A stretch of 64,000 nucleotides of DNA from an uncultured Candidatus Saccharibacteria bacterium (GCA_964553015.1 CAZKJE010000002.1:14175-78174), one strand, 5' to 3'; positions 36,596 through 44,624 are shown, numbered from the stretch's first letter. Numbers and translations: made by a program. The notes: generated from the sequence alone by a model not told the origin.

Positions 36596-37003
36596 ATGGA
36601 ATTACAAGTCGGAGTGAAAATTTTATTGAAGAATAAAGACGGCAAGTATCTCACAGTTTGTCGTAGTGCAGAGAAATACCCCGATGCTGGCCGGCAATGG
36701 GAAATTCCCGGCGGACGCATAAATCCGGGCGTATCTTTAATGGAAAATTTAAGGAGGGAAGTACTTGAAGAAACTGGACTTGAAATTACAGATGAACCAA
36801 AGTTGGTAGCTGCGCAAGATATCCCAAGACCACAGAGAAACAGACACATTGTTCGCTTGACCTATTTAGGCTTTGCAAACGGGGAAGTGAAATTGAGCGA
36901 CGAGCATACAGAGTACAAATGGCTGAGCCTAGAAGAAATTTCTAAACTGGATCCAATAGATTTATATTTCAAAGAAGTTTTAGCACATTTTGATCTAGAT
37001 TAA
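36596..37003 (+). CDS. NUDIX hydrolase
   Basis: Start moved to ATG 36596. Nudix box GGRINPGVSLMENLRREVLEETGL. Confidence 0.8.
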   Translation: MELQVGVKILLKNKDGKYLTVCRSAEKYPDAGRQWEIPGGRINPGVSLMENLRREVLEETGLEITDEPKLVAAQDIPRPQRNRHIVRLTYLGFANGEVKLSDEHTEYKWLSLEEISKLDPIDLYFKEVLAHFDLD

Positions 37004-37006
37004 TTT

Positions 37007-37564
37007 ATGATTGAAGTTGAAAAACAATTTCAGCCAACAGAAGAACAACTTAGGGTTCTAATTGAAAATGCGAAGTTTGTGAATGAAGTTATAAATCATG
37101 ATGTTTATTATGACTATCCAGATTACAGGCTTTTTAAAAAAGATATAAGATTGCGCATTAGAAATGGAACTTTCGAATTAAAGATTGGAAAATCTTCAGG
37201 GGTAAGTCAAGAATTAGAAATAAAAGAGGAAATAGCGAAATATTTTAACGTTAATTCTCTGGAAGAATTTATAAAAAATAACCTTATTGTAATAATAGAT
37301 TTTAATAATAAAAGAAAAAAGTACAAAAAAGAAAATTTTAATATTGATATAGATGAAACAAGTTTTGGATATAAACTTTGCGAAATTGAGCTTATGGTTG
37401 AGACAGAAGATAAAGTAAAAGAGGCCGAAGGTAGAATAATTGATTTAGCAAAAAAATATAATTTTGAGATTAAAAGAATACCATCTAAGCGCTCTGAATA
37501 TTTTCGTTTAGTTAAACCAGAAGTGTACAAGCAACTGTATGGAGAAAGAAACCTAGACTCGTAA
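37007..37564 (+). CDS. CYTH-domain protein (triphosphate tunnel metalloenzyme)
   Basis: 185 aa. N-terminal EVEKQF (ExExK motif) and alternating charged beta-strand pattern. Confidence 0.65.
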   Translation: MIEVEKQFQPTEEQLRVLIENAKFVNEVINHDVYYDYPDYRLFKKDIRLRIRNGTFELKIGKSSGVSQELEIKEEIAKYFNVNSLEEFIKNNLIVIIDFNNKRKKYKKENFNIDIDETSFGYKLCEIELMVETEDKVKEAEGRIIDLAKKYNFEIKRIPSKRSEYFRLVKPEVYKQLYGERNLDS

Positions 37565-37591
37565 CAAAAAATCCCCGTTACTGGGATTTTA
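37565..37591. terminator. Bidirectional intrinsic terminator
   Basis: AAAAAATCCC-(cgttact)-GGGATTTT hairpin with an A-run and a T-run on either side. Confidence 0.55.
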
Positions 37592-37608
37592 TTATGTATT
37601 CATAACTT

Positions 37609-37950
37609 TTAGAAACTAATGCCAGGAGTGGTGTTGGTAGTCCAAAAGAAAACTGGGAAAAATAGAAAGATAATTATTGACAGTACTAAAAGTAATATAT
37701 AAGTATTTCTTAAAATACCAGGATTGTCTTTTCTGTAAAGTTTCTTAACTGATAAAAAAGTTCCAATCATTCCAAATAATAGAGATGAAGGTAAACATAT
37801 GAATAATAGATAAGCTGCTTCATCTATATATTCCATACTTTTTGGGAGAAGAATTAAAGTAACAGAACCACCAAAAATAATAATTTCTAAAATAAATAAA
37901 AGAGTTAATGACGAAATACTATCTTTTGTTTGAGGTGGTGTTGATTCCAT
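37609..37950 (-). CDS. Integral membrane protein, hypothetical
   Basis: 113 aa with three predicted hydrophobic helices. Confidence 0.45.
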   Translation of the reverse strand: MESTPPQTKDSISSLTLLFILEIIIFGGSVTLILLPKSMEYIDEAAYLLFICLPSSLLFGMIGTFLSVKKLYRKDNPGILRNTYILLLVLSIIIFLFFPVFFWTTNTTPGISF

Positions 37951-37978
37951 TAATTTATTTGCAATTCATTACGATTTT

Positions 37979-38323
37979 TTATCTTACAGTTTCCAGAATT
38001 CTTTTGAAAGTTGCGGGATGATGTTCTGCAAAGTCGGCCATAATCTTTCTATCAAGCATTATATTTTTCTTTTTGAGGGCATCAATAAGTTTGGAATAAG
38101 TCATGCCGAGCTCTCTACTTCCAGCATTTATTTTTATATTCCAAAGCTTTCTGTTGTGAGATTTTTTATCCTTTCTATGCGCGAAAGAGTAATTTCCTGC
38201 GTGCAGAAGCGCATCTTTTGCCTGGCGCTCTTTCTTGCTTCTGCCGTGGCGCATTCCCTTTGTCTGCTTCAATACGCTTCTCCTTCTCTTTAACGCATGT
38301 ACCCCCTTTTTTACTCTGGTCAT
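37979..38323 (-). CDS. rplT: 50S ribosomal protein L20
   Basis: 114 aa. MTRVKKGVHALKRRR N-terminus and L20 family sequence throughout. Confidence 0.95.
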   Translation of the reverse strand: MTRVKKGVHALKRRRSVLKQTKGMRHGRSKKERQAKDALLHAGNYSFAHRKDKKSHNRKLWNIKINAGSRELGMTYSKLIDALKKKNIMLDRKIMADFAEHHPATFKRILETVR

Positions 38324-38365
38324 AAAATCAATTACGAATTATAGATTATTAATTACAAATTTAAA

Positions 38366-38560
38366 TTAACTGAAAGGCAGCAAGTAACTCTTTGGCTTGT
38401 TTTTGATCACGAAGTTTACTCCCTTTCGCCCTGCAAGCTGTGAATTTCGCGACTGTTTTGCATTAAAATGGTTAAAGCCAGCCTTGCGAGAAAGAACCTT
38501 GCCGTTTTTGGTAAGCTTTAATCTTTTGCTGTATGACTTGTTTGTCTTCATTCCTTTCAT
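38366..38560 (-). CDS. rpmI: 50S ribosomal protein L35
   Basis: 64 aa basic protein lying between infC and rplT. KTNKSYSKRLKLTKNGKV. Confidence 0.9.
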   Translation of the reverse strand: MKGMKTNKSYSKRLKLTKNGKVLSRKAGFNHFNAKQSRNSQLAGRKGVNFVIKNKPKSYLLPFS

Positions 38561-38566
38561 AAAATT

Positions 38567-39070
38567 TTATTTTTTCTCTATTGTTATGGTTAAACCCTTC
38601 GGACCCTTTTTATAACTGTCTGAAACTTTGTAATCTTCGGTAATTAAATGCAATACTCTATCTAAGCGCTCCCTTAAAAATTTTTCATCCATATACTTCG
38701 CGCGTCCCGCGAGGAAAAGTTCTACTTTGATCCTATGGCCTTCCTTGATCCACCTGGATGCCGTTTTGGCTTTTAGTTCGAGGTCGTGATCTCCGGTGCC
38801 TATTTTTATCTGAATGGATTTCGTCTCGGTCTTGTTTGCTCCGGCTTTGGCCTTTTTTAATTTCTTTGCGGCTTCGTACTGATATTTGCCAAAATCCATT
38901 ATCTTGGCAACCGGCGGATTGCCGGTAGGACCAATCTCAATTAAGTCTAAACCCTTACTTTGCGCTAATTCCAAAGCATCTCTTATGCTTAAAACACCTA
39001 AATTTTTATTTTCACTATCCAGAACCCGAAGTTCCTTGGCCCGTATTTGGTTGTTTATTCGTTCGCGCAA
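38567..39070 (-). CDS. infC: Translation initiation factor IF-3
   Basis: 167 aa. INNQIRAKELRVLD N-domain and a C-domain. The start codon on the DNA is TTG. Confidence 0.9.
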   Translation of the reverse strand: MRERINNQIRAKELRVLDSENKNLGVLSIRDALELAQSKGLDLIEIGPTGNPPVAKIMDFGKYQYEAAKKLKKAKAGANKTETKSIQIKIGTGDHDLELKAKTASRWIKEGHRIKVELFLAGRAKYMDEKFLRERLDRVLHLITEDYKVSDSYKKGPKGLTITIEKK

Positions 39071-39145
39071 TTGATATTAGTAGCAAAATAGACTTATGAA
39101 ACTACAAGAAGGATAATAGCGTAACTAAACCATAAAGTCAATTTG

Positions 39146-39535
39146 TGGAGATGGGGGAAATTGAATCCCCGTGCAGAAGGTTTTTGCAAAGAAGTCTACA
39201 TGCGTAGCGCGCTTTTTGTTTTAAATTAAAAAATTATGAAACGCGCCAAATATTTTTTAACCGAGTTCTTTTGTTTTGCGAGAGCGTCAGAACAGGCGTT
39301 CAAGCTATCCCGATAATGTTATGCCTCGTCTTATATATCGGAAGTCTATAAGAGAGACACCACCTCAGGCTTACGCGAAAGATGGAGCGAAAGCGAGCGC
39401 ATTACCGAAGTAAGGCGAACGCATTGCTGTGAAAGCTGATTTTGCAATTAGCTGTTGAACGAATTTTTACGAGATTACGTTCATTCTCGGCATGCATCAA
39501 TAACAAATGGCCAACTGTCTATGCCTTGCATCCCC
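39146..39535 (-). ncRNA. ssrA: tmRNA (SsrA)
   Basis: The 5' GGGGATG pairs with the 3' CATCTCC, including the G3:U pair. T-arm GGGGA-TTCAATT-TCCCC, discriminator A, and CCA not encoded. Immediately downstream of smpB. The candidate tag frame ends ...GNALAFAPSFA-TAA, but the resume codon was not determined. Confidence 0.85.
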
Positions 39536-39546
39536 ATATTTACTTT

Positions 39547-39993
39547 TCAACGTCCTTTAAAATCTCGGCGAATCTCGCGATCAGTGTCACGCTTTTTTAG
39601 AGTTTCGCGTTTATCAAATTTTTTCTTGCCTTTCACCAGGGCAATTTCCAATTTGATTTTCCTGCCTTTATTATACACTGAAATCGGCACTATTGTCAAA
39701 CTTTTATTCTTCTCGCTGCCTTGTAGCTCATTAATTTCTTTTTTGGTCAGCAAAAGTTTCCTATTGCGCAGAGGATCATAATCTTTTGGCGCATTTTTTG
39801 CCTGATATGGAGGTATGTTGGCATTGATCAGGTATGCTTCGCCGCCGCGTATAATTACAAAAGCCCCCTCGAGCGACATCTGACCCGTTCGTACAGCTTT
39901 TACTTCTGTTCCCAAAAGCTCAATACCGGTTTCGTGCTTTTCTAGGAATTCATAATTGAATCGCGCTTTGCGGTTTTCTGTATAACTAGCCAT
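39547..39993 (-). CDS. smpB: SsrA-binding protein SmpB
   Basis: 148 aa. NRKARFNYEF N-terminus and a basic C-terminal tail. Confidence 0.95.
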   Translation of the reverse strand: MASYTENRKARFNYEFLEKHETGIELLGTEVKAVRTGQMSLEGAFVIIRGGEAYLINANIPPYQAKNAPKDYDPLRNRKLLLTKKEINELQGSEKNKSLTIVPISVYNKGRKIKLEIALVKGKKKFDKRETLKKRDTDREIRRDFKGR

Positions 39994-40064
39994 AGCTTTA
40001 TCTTAACATAACTTTTCTTTATTTTATGATGACTATGATTCTATGTGCTTAATTGATAGTAAAT

Positions 40065-40092
40065 TTGACTCAAATTTTCTAAAGTGTATAAT
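40065..40092 (+). promoter_or_regulatory. Near-consensus promoter for the 40130 gene
   Basis: TTGACT, 16 nt, TATAAT, with TG upstream of the -10 box. Confidence 0.55.
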
Positions 40093-40129
40093 CTAGGTAT
40101 TATTTTTATAATTAAATCTTGAAAAAACT

Positions 40130-40642
40130 ATGAAAAATATAGAGAACGCGGGGCGTCTTTCCGAGGAAAAAGCTCAAAAGGAAGCCAAAGCAATTCAAGG
40201 TATGTCAGAGTTTAGGTCTTACGAGGAAGGCTACAAGAATCCAACAGCAGAACATTATGAAAAATCCTCAAAACATTTGGATAATCTAAAAGGGATAAGT
40301 TCTAAAGTTGCAGAGCTTTTTATAGAAGCAGCCGGACTAGGAAAGGATTTGAGAGATGAAATGGGTCCTGAAACACATAGGATATTTGAAATAGCCCAAA
40401 GAGATATTGTCCAACGCCTCAGATTAGAGGGTCTTTTTCTAAGATTGGGTAGTGAAGATCCAGAAGAAGAAAAAGAGAATATGGATTATATTCTTTCCAG
40501 ATGGGACAATGAGATTCGTTCAGATGAACGCATTAAGGATGTTTTCTTAGGGAAAGAGGAATTACTTAATAGGACAATAGAGTTTACTAAAAAGCACACC
40601 TTTCAACTTCTTGCTGGTATTAAGATAGAGATAGGAGAGTAA
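40130..40642 (+). CDS. Hypothetical cytoplasmic protein
   Basis: 170 aa. Helical and charged, with no recognised family. Confidence 0.5.
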   Translation: MKNIENAGRLSEEKAQKEAKAIQGMSEFRSYEEGYKNPTAEHYEKSSKHLDNLKGISSKVAELFIEAAGLGKDLRDEMGPETHRIFEIAQRDIVQRLRLEGLFLRLGSEDPEEEKENMDYILSRWDNEIRSDERIKDVFLGKEELLNRTIEFTKKHTFQLLAGIKIEIGE

Positions 40643-40713
40643 TATAAAAATTTTATAATTAAATCTCGCTTTTCGGTGTAATGAGACATAACTTTATATT
40701 AACATAGATTTTT

Positions 40714-40852
40714 ATTCCCCTCTTGAGGGGTGGCTCGCGTGCAAGACGGGGTGGATAATTTACCTCACCCTGCTGCCCTCTCCTGTAAAGGGGAGGGGAA
40801 AATTCATCCACCTCCCTCCGACCCATGTCGGAGTACTCCTCAAGAGGAGAAT
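40714..40852. mobile_element. MITE-like GC-rich element with terminal inverted repeats
   Basis: The left end ATTCCCCTCTTGAGGGGT and the reverse complement of the right end (ATTCTCCTCTTGAGGAGT) match at 16 of 18 positions. T-runs flank the element. The interior holds further hairpins (CCCTCTCC-TGTAAA-GGGGAGGG and CTCCGAC-CCAT-GTCGGAG). It is non-coding. Confidence 0.5.
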
Positions 40853-40926
40853 TTTTTACTCATATACTACTCTAATCCTATAAATAAGGGTTTTTTGACT
40901 TTGCTAGCAACAAAGTGTAAAAATGC

Positions 40927-40954
40927 TTGACAAAAAATGTAGATATGCTATGAT
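40927..40954 (+). promoter_or_regulatory. Promoter of the candidate structured RNA
   Basis: TTGACA, 16 nt, TATGAT, with TGc immediately upstream of the -10 box. Confidence 0.5.
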
Positions 40955-40960
40955 ATAAGC

Positions 40961-41250
40961 ATCTCATAGATTTTATTTGATTTAATATGAGGTCAAGAGA
41001 TTGTTTCGTATAGTCTCTTGCATATCCCTAAATCAAATGTAGTTTCTCAAAAACGATTAGCGAATTGAGAGATTTTCGCTAAAAACGCTTGAGAAATGAA
41101 GAGCTGAAATCTCTCTGGGTCTGGAGCGCTCGGGTTACCTTTAGCTCTTTGATCCATCTGTTGGTAAAAACCCGAACATCATCGCCGTCGGTTCGAAACA
41201 ACCCTCGGCACCCCACCCAAAGCTTCGGCCGCGGGTGGGTTTTTATTTTT
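40961..41250 (+). ncRNA. Candidate structured non-coding RNA of unknown class (about 290 nt)
   Basis: It has its own promoter. It contains three long perfect-stem hairpins (40975..41038, 41043..41096, 41099..41149). It ends in the intrinsic terminator CCCACCC...GGGTGGG plus TTTTTATTTTT (41212..41250). The only ORF across it is the implausible N-extension of ftsH. Confidence 0.35.
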
Positions 41251-41286
41251 ATACTGAATTTTTTATTTCACATTTTGGGTTTTTTG

Positions 41287-41295
41287 TGCTATTAT
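41287..41295 (+). promoter_or_regulatory. Extended -10 (TGcTATTAT) 6 nt upstream of the ftsH ATG
   Basis: The hexamer ends at 41295 and the ATG is at 41302. No SD is present. Confidence 0.5.
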
Positions 41296-41301
41296 CTCAA
41301 A

Positions 41302-43230
41302 ATGGATTTAAATTTTCTTAACAATAAAACTGGCGACAAAGGGCGAAAGAAACTTCCGAAGCCGACGAAGTTCAGTGGGAATATTTTAGGCGCGATAATT
41401 TTTTTCATGCTCATCACTGCGCTTTACTTGGTGGTAGCAGGAGACCAAAAAACGGTTCCAGAAATTCCAATTTCCGACCTGGCGCAAAGCGTATCTGCGG
41501 GAGAGGTAAAAAATATTTTAGTTTCCGGAGACAAGCTCACCATCACGTACAAAAACGATCAAGTTAAGACATCCAAGAAAGAAGTGGGCTCGGCGCTGTC
41601 GCAGACACTTTTTAATTATGGGGTGCCGCCGGAAGCACTTGCGCAGACAGAAATAGAAATAAAAAACGAAAGTGGATTTGCGTACTGGCTCGTAAATATT
41701 CTGCCGTTTCTTCTGCCGGTAATTTTTATTCTGTTGTTTTTCTGGTATTTATCACGCCAGGTAAAAGGCGCAGGCATGCAGGCGTTTACTTTCGGACAAT
41801 CCAAGGCCCGCATCACAGATCCGAATGATAAAAATAATAAAGTTACTTTCAAAGACGTGGCCGGAGCCAAAGAAGCGAAGGAAGAATTGAAAGAGATTGT
41901 AGACTTTTTGAAAAGTCCGAAAAAATTTCTGGATATTGGCGCAAGGATTCCAAAAGGTGTAATGCTGACAGGAGCCCCGGGTACAGGAAAGACGCTGCTC
42001 GCTCGCGCTGTAGCAGGCGAGGCCTCCGTGCCGTTCTTTCATTTATCCGGCAGCGAATTCGTGGAAATGTTCGTTGGTGTCGGGGCTTCGCGTGTGCGTG
42101 ACCTATTTAAAATGGCTAAAAAAGCTGCACCGGCCATCATATTCGTGGATGAAATAGACGCTATCGGGCGCACGAGAGGGGGAGGCTTTGGCGGCGGGAA
42201 TGATGAACGCGAGCAAACCTTGAACCAGATTTTGGTGGAGATGGACGGCTTTGAACCGAACGATAAAGTGATAGTCATGGCGGCTACAAACAGGCCGGAC
42301 GTCCTCGATCCGGCGCTCATTCGCCCGGGACGTTTTGATAGAAAAGTAATGATAGATCTTCCGGATCGCGCTGACCGCGAAGAAATTTTAAAAATTCACG
42401 CTGTTAAAAAACCTCTCGCCGAAGATATAAATTTGAAATTAATTGCCGAACGTACACCTGGTTTTTCTGGCGCCGACCTGTATTCGCTCATGAACGAAGG
42501 TGCGATACTCGCCGCACGCGAGAACCGCAAGAAAGTTTTTCAATTTGATCTCATACGCGCGATAGAAAAAGTAATGCTCGGTCCTGAGAGGAAGAGCCAT
42601 TTGCTTTCCAAAAAAGAAAAAGAAATTACTGCGTACCATGAAGCGGGTCATGCGATCGTCGCATCAGTTTTACCTCACGCAGATCCCGTTCATAAAGTTT
42701 CTATCATCTCCCGCGGAAACGCCGGAGGATACACTTTGAAGCTTCCGCTTGAAGAAAGGCGATTGCAATCTAAAAAAGAATTTATAGATGACATTGCGAT
42801 GTCGCTCGGAGGATATGTGGCCGAGCAGATGATGTTCGGAGATATCACGACTGGTCCGTCAAGCGATTTGCAGGCAGCAACAAACATTGCGCGCGCCATG
42901 GTGACGCGCTGGGGCATGTCGGACATTATCGGACCGATAGCCTTGAACGATTCTCCCGGCCGTTCTATGTATGGAGGAGAAACAGTAGAAAAAGAATTTT
43001 CCGAAAGTGTTTCTACTAAAGTAGATGCTGAAGTTTCAAGAATAATTAGTGATGGGCTAAAGTCTGCGCAAATCGTAATTACCGAAAACAAAAAAGCCTT
43101 TGAGGCTATAGCACAAAAACTCATAGAAGTTGAAACCATAGAACAGGAGGAATATGAAAAAATTCTCATAGCGCACGGAATTATCTTAAAAAAGAAAGAA
43201 GTCATAGCTCCACCGGAAGGTACAAAGTAA
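41302..43230 (+). CDS. ftsH: ATP-dependent zinc metalloprotease FtsH
   Basis: Start moved to ATG 41302 (MDLNFLNN...). Two TM segments, Walker [12 protein letters not shown], the SRH region and the HEAGHA zinc site. Confidence 0.95.
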   Translation: MDLNFLNNKTGDKGRKKLPKPTKFSGNILGAIIFFMLITALYLVVAGDQKTVPEIPISDLAQSVSAGEVKNILVSGDKLTITYKNDQVKTSKKEVGSALSQTLFNYGVPPEALAQTEIEIKNESGFAYWLVNILPFLLPVIFILLFFWYLSRQVKGAGMQAFTFGQSKARITDPNDKNNKVTFKDVAGAKEAKEELKEIVDFLKSPKKFLDIGARIPKGVMLTGAPGTGKTLLARAVAGEASVPFFHLSGSEFVEMFVGVGASRVRDLFKMAKKAAPAIIFVDEIDAIGRTRGGGFGGGNDEREQTLNQILVEMDGFEPNDKVIVMAATNRPDVLDPALIRPGRFDRKVMIDLPDRADREEILKIHAVKKPLAEDINLKLIAERTPGFSGADLYSLMNEGAILAARENRKKVFQFDLIRAIEKVMLGPERKSHLLSKKEKEITAYHEAGHAIVASVLPHADPVHKVSIISRGNAGGYTLKLPLEERRLQSKKEFIDDIAMSLGGYVAEQMMFGDITTGPSSDLQAATNIARAMVTRWGMSDIIGPIALNDSPGRSMYGGETVEKEFSESVSTKVDAEVSRIISDGLKSAQIVITENKKAFEAIAQKLIEVETIEQEEYEKILIAHGIILKKKEVIAPPEGTK

Positions 43231-43323
43231 AAACCAAAGCGCTTTTCTGACTGTTTATATTATATGCGAACTATGGTATGCTATACTAGTACTAACTATT
43301 TGTAAGTTCATAAATAAAAAGAA

Positions 43324-43998
43324 ATGGCGAGAAAACAAGATAAACAAAGCGTTTTGGCTATGCGCAAGAGAGGAATGAGCTACAGCCAGATCAAAGGGAA
43401 AATAAAAATAAGCAAAAGCACTTTGAGTGTCTGGCTTAAAGATTTACCACTCGATGAAAAACGGATAAGAGAATTAAGAGACAATAGCCCTATTCGTATT
43501 GAAAAATTCAGAAATACAATGCGAGCAAAAAAAGAGATGAGACTTTATGAGGTATATAAAAAAGTCGCAAATGATATTTGTGATCTCTCAAAAAGAGATT
43601 TATTTTTAACAGGCTTGTTCTTATATTGGGGAGAAGGCACGAAATCACAAAATTCTTTAGTTGCCCTCACAAATACAAATCCAGCCATGGTTAAGTTTTT
43701 CATACAATGGCTAAAATTGTTTGGAGTAAAAAGCAAAGATTTGAAAATTAAACTACATTTATACTCCGATATGAAAATTAAAGAAAGTCTTGATTTTTGG
43801 TCAAAAGAGCTTAATATTCCGATAAGCCAGTTTTATAAGCCGTATGTTAAGAAAAATACTCTCAAATCTATCTCGTATAAAAATGGCTTTGGAAAAGGAA
43901 CATGTAGTGTTATATTTGGGAGTAGAGATCTTTGGGAATATATAACAATGGGATTGAAATATATTTCTGAAATTAGTAATGAAAATTTCCGCCCCTAG
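43324..43998 (+). CDS. HTH plus LAGLIDADG-like (homing-endonuclease-like) protein
   Basis: 224 aa. N-terminal resolvase-type HTH (RGMSYSQIKGKIKISKSTLSVWLK). A single LAGLIDADG-like motif (LTGLFLYWGEGTK). The last 10 nt, including the TAG stop, lie inside the tRNA gene. Confidence 0.45.
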   Translation: MARKQDKQSVLAMRKRGMSYSQIKGKIKISKSTLSVWLKDLPLDEKRIRELRDNSPIRIEKFRNTMRAKKEMRLYEVYKKVANDICDLSKRDLFLTGLFLYWGEGTKSQNSLVALTNTNPAMVKFFIQWLKLFGVKSKDLKIKLHLYSDMKIKESLDFWSKELNIPISQFYKPYVKKNTLKSISYKNGFGKGTCSVIFGSRDLWEYITMGLKYISEISNENFRP

Positions 43999-44061
43999 CT
44001 CAGTTGGTAGAGCAATCCGCTTATACCGGATCGGTCCTTGGTTCGAGTCCAAGGGGGCGGA
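43989..44061 (+). tRNA. tRNA-Ile with anticodon UAU
   Basis: Cloverleaf read by hand: acceptor CCGCCCC/GGGGCGG, D-arm GCTC-AGTTGGTA-GAGC, anticodon arm ATCCG-CTTATAC-CGGAT, variable loop CGGTC, T-arm CTTGG-TTCGAGT-CCAAG, discriminator A. CCA is not encoded. Confidence 0.8.
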
Positions 44062-44063
44062 CA

Positions 44064-44624
44064 ATGAAAGATAATTTGAACGAAAAATTAATTTCTGTTC
44101 CCCAACCACCCGTATTCCATACCTCAAGCCGTTTTTTATACGACGAATGGGTGCGCCTGAGTAAGCGTCTGGAAATAGAAGAGTTAAACGAAGAGGAGCG
44201 TGTTATAATAGAACAAAAGAGATCTGCGCTATTTAAAGAATATGAAGTTGCGTCTAATCGTGAGCAAGCCGAACCCGAAGCCATAGGCTTAGAATTTCTA
44301 GAAAACTTGAAATACGCTATTAAACAGAAAGACAAAGCTTTGTTACGAAAAACAATCCTTATGATTCAAGAGTTTGTTAATCGCCCTAACTTTTATAAAG
44401 ATTTAGATTTTATCAGATTTGCTGATGATGAATTAGATAAGATTTTAAATAATCGAATTGCCGCTATTATTGTCGGATCAGGTACTTATGGTCAAAGAAT
44501 TTTGATTTCTTCCAGCCGCTTGCGCATGAGCGGAGATAGACACGGACAGGAGTATAGAAACCGTTTTGCTAAACTTTTCGGTCTCAAATTCGATCCTAAC
44601 ATTGATTTAAGTATTGAATTTTAA
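44064..44624 (+). CDS. Hypothetical protein
   Basis: Start moved to ATG 44064, 3 nt after the tRNA, because the track start lies inside the tRNA. 186 aa with no recognised family. Confidence 0.5.
   Translation: MKDNLNEKLISVPQPPVFHTSSRFLYDEWVRLSKRLEIEELNEEERVIIEQKRSALFKEYEVASNREQAEPEAIGLEFLENLKYAIKQKDKALLRKTILMIQEFVNRPNFYKDLDFIRFADDELDKILNNRIAAIIVGSGTYGQRILISSSRLRMSGDRHGQEYRNRFAKLFGLKFDPNIDLSIEF

Noticed and set aside
40730-40930. 66-aa ORF across the MITE-like element.
   Set aside because: It is generated by the GC-rich palindromes themselves. It has no start context and a proline/low-complexity sequence.
41089-41301. ORF-track N-terminal extension of ftsH (71 extra residues starting MRNEELKSLW...).
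   Set aside because: The extension runs through a hairpin-rich region and an intrinsic terminator. A TGcTATTAT -10 box sits 6 nt before ATG 41302, and the FtsH family N-terminus fits MDLNFLNN.... The extension was treated as non-coding.
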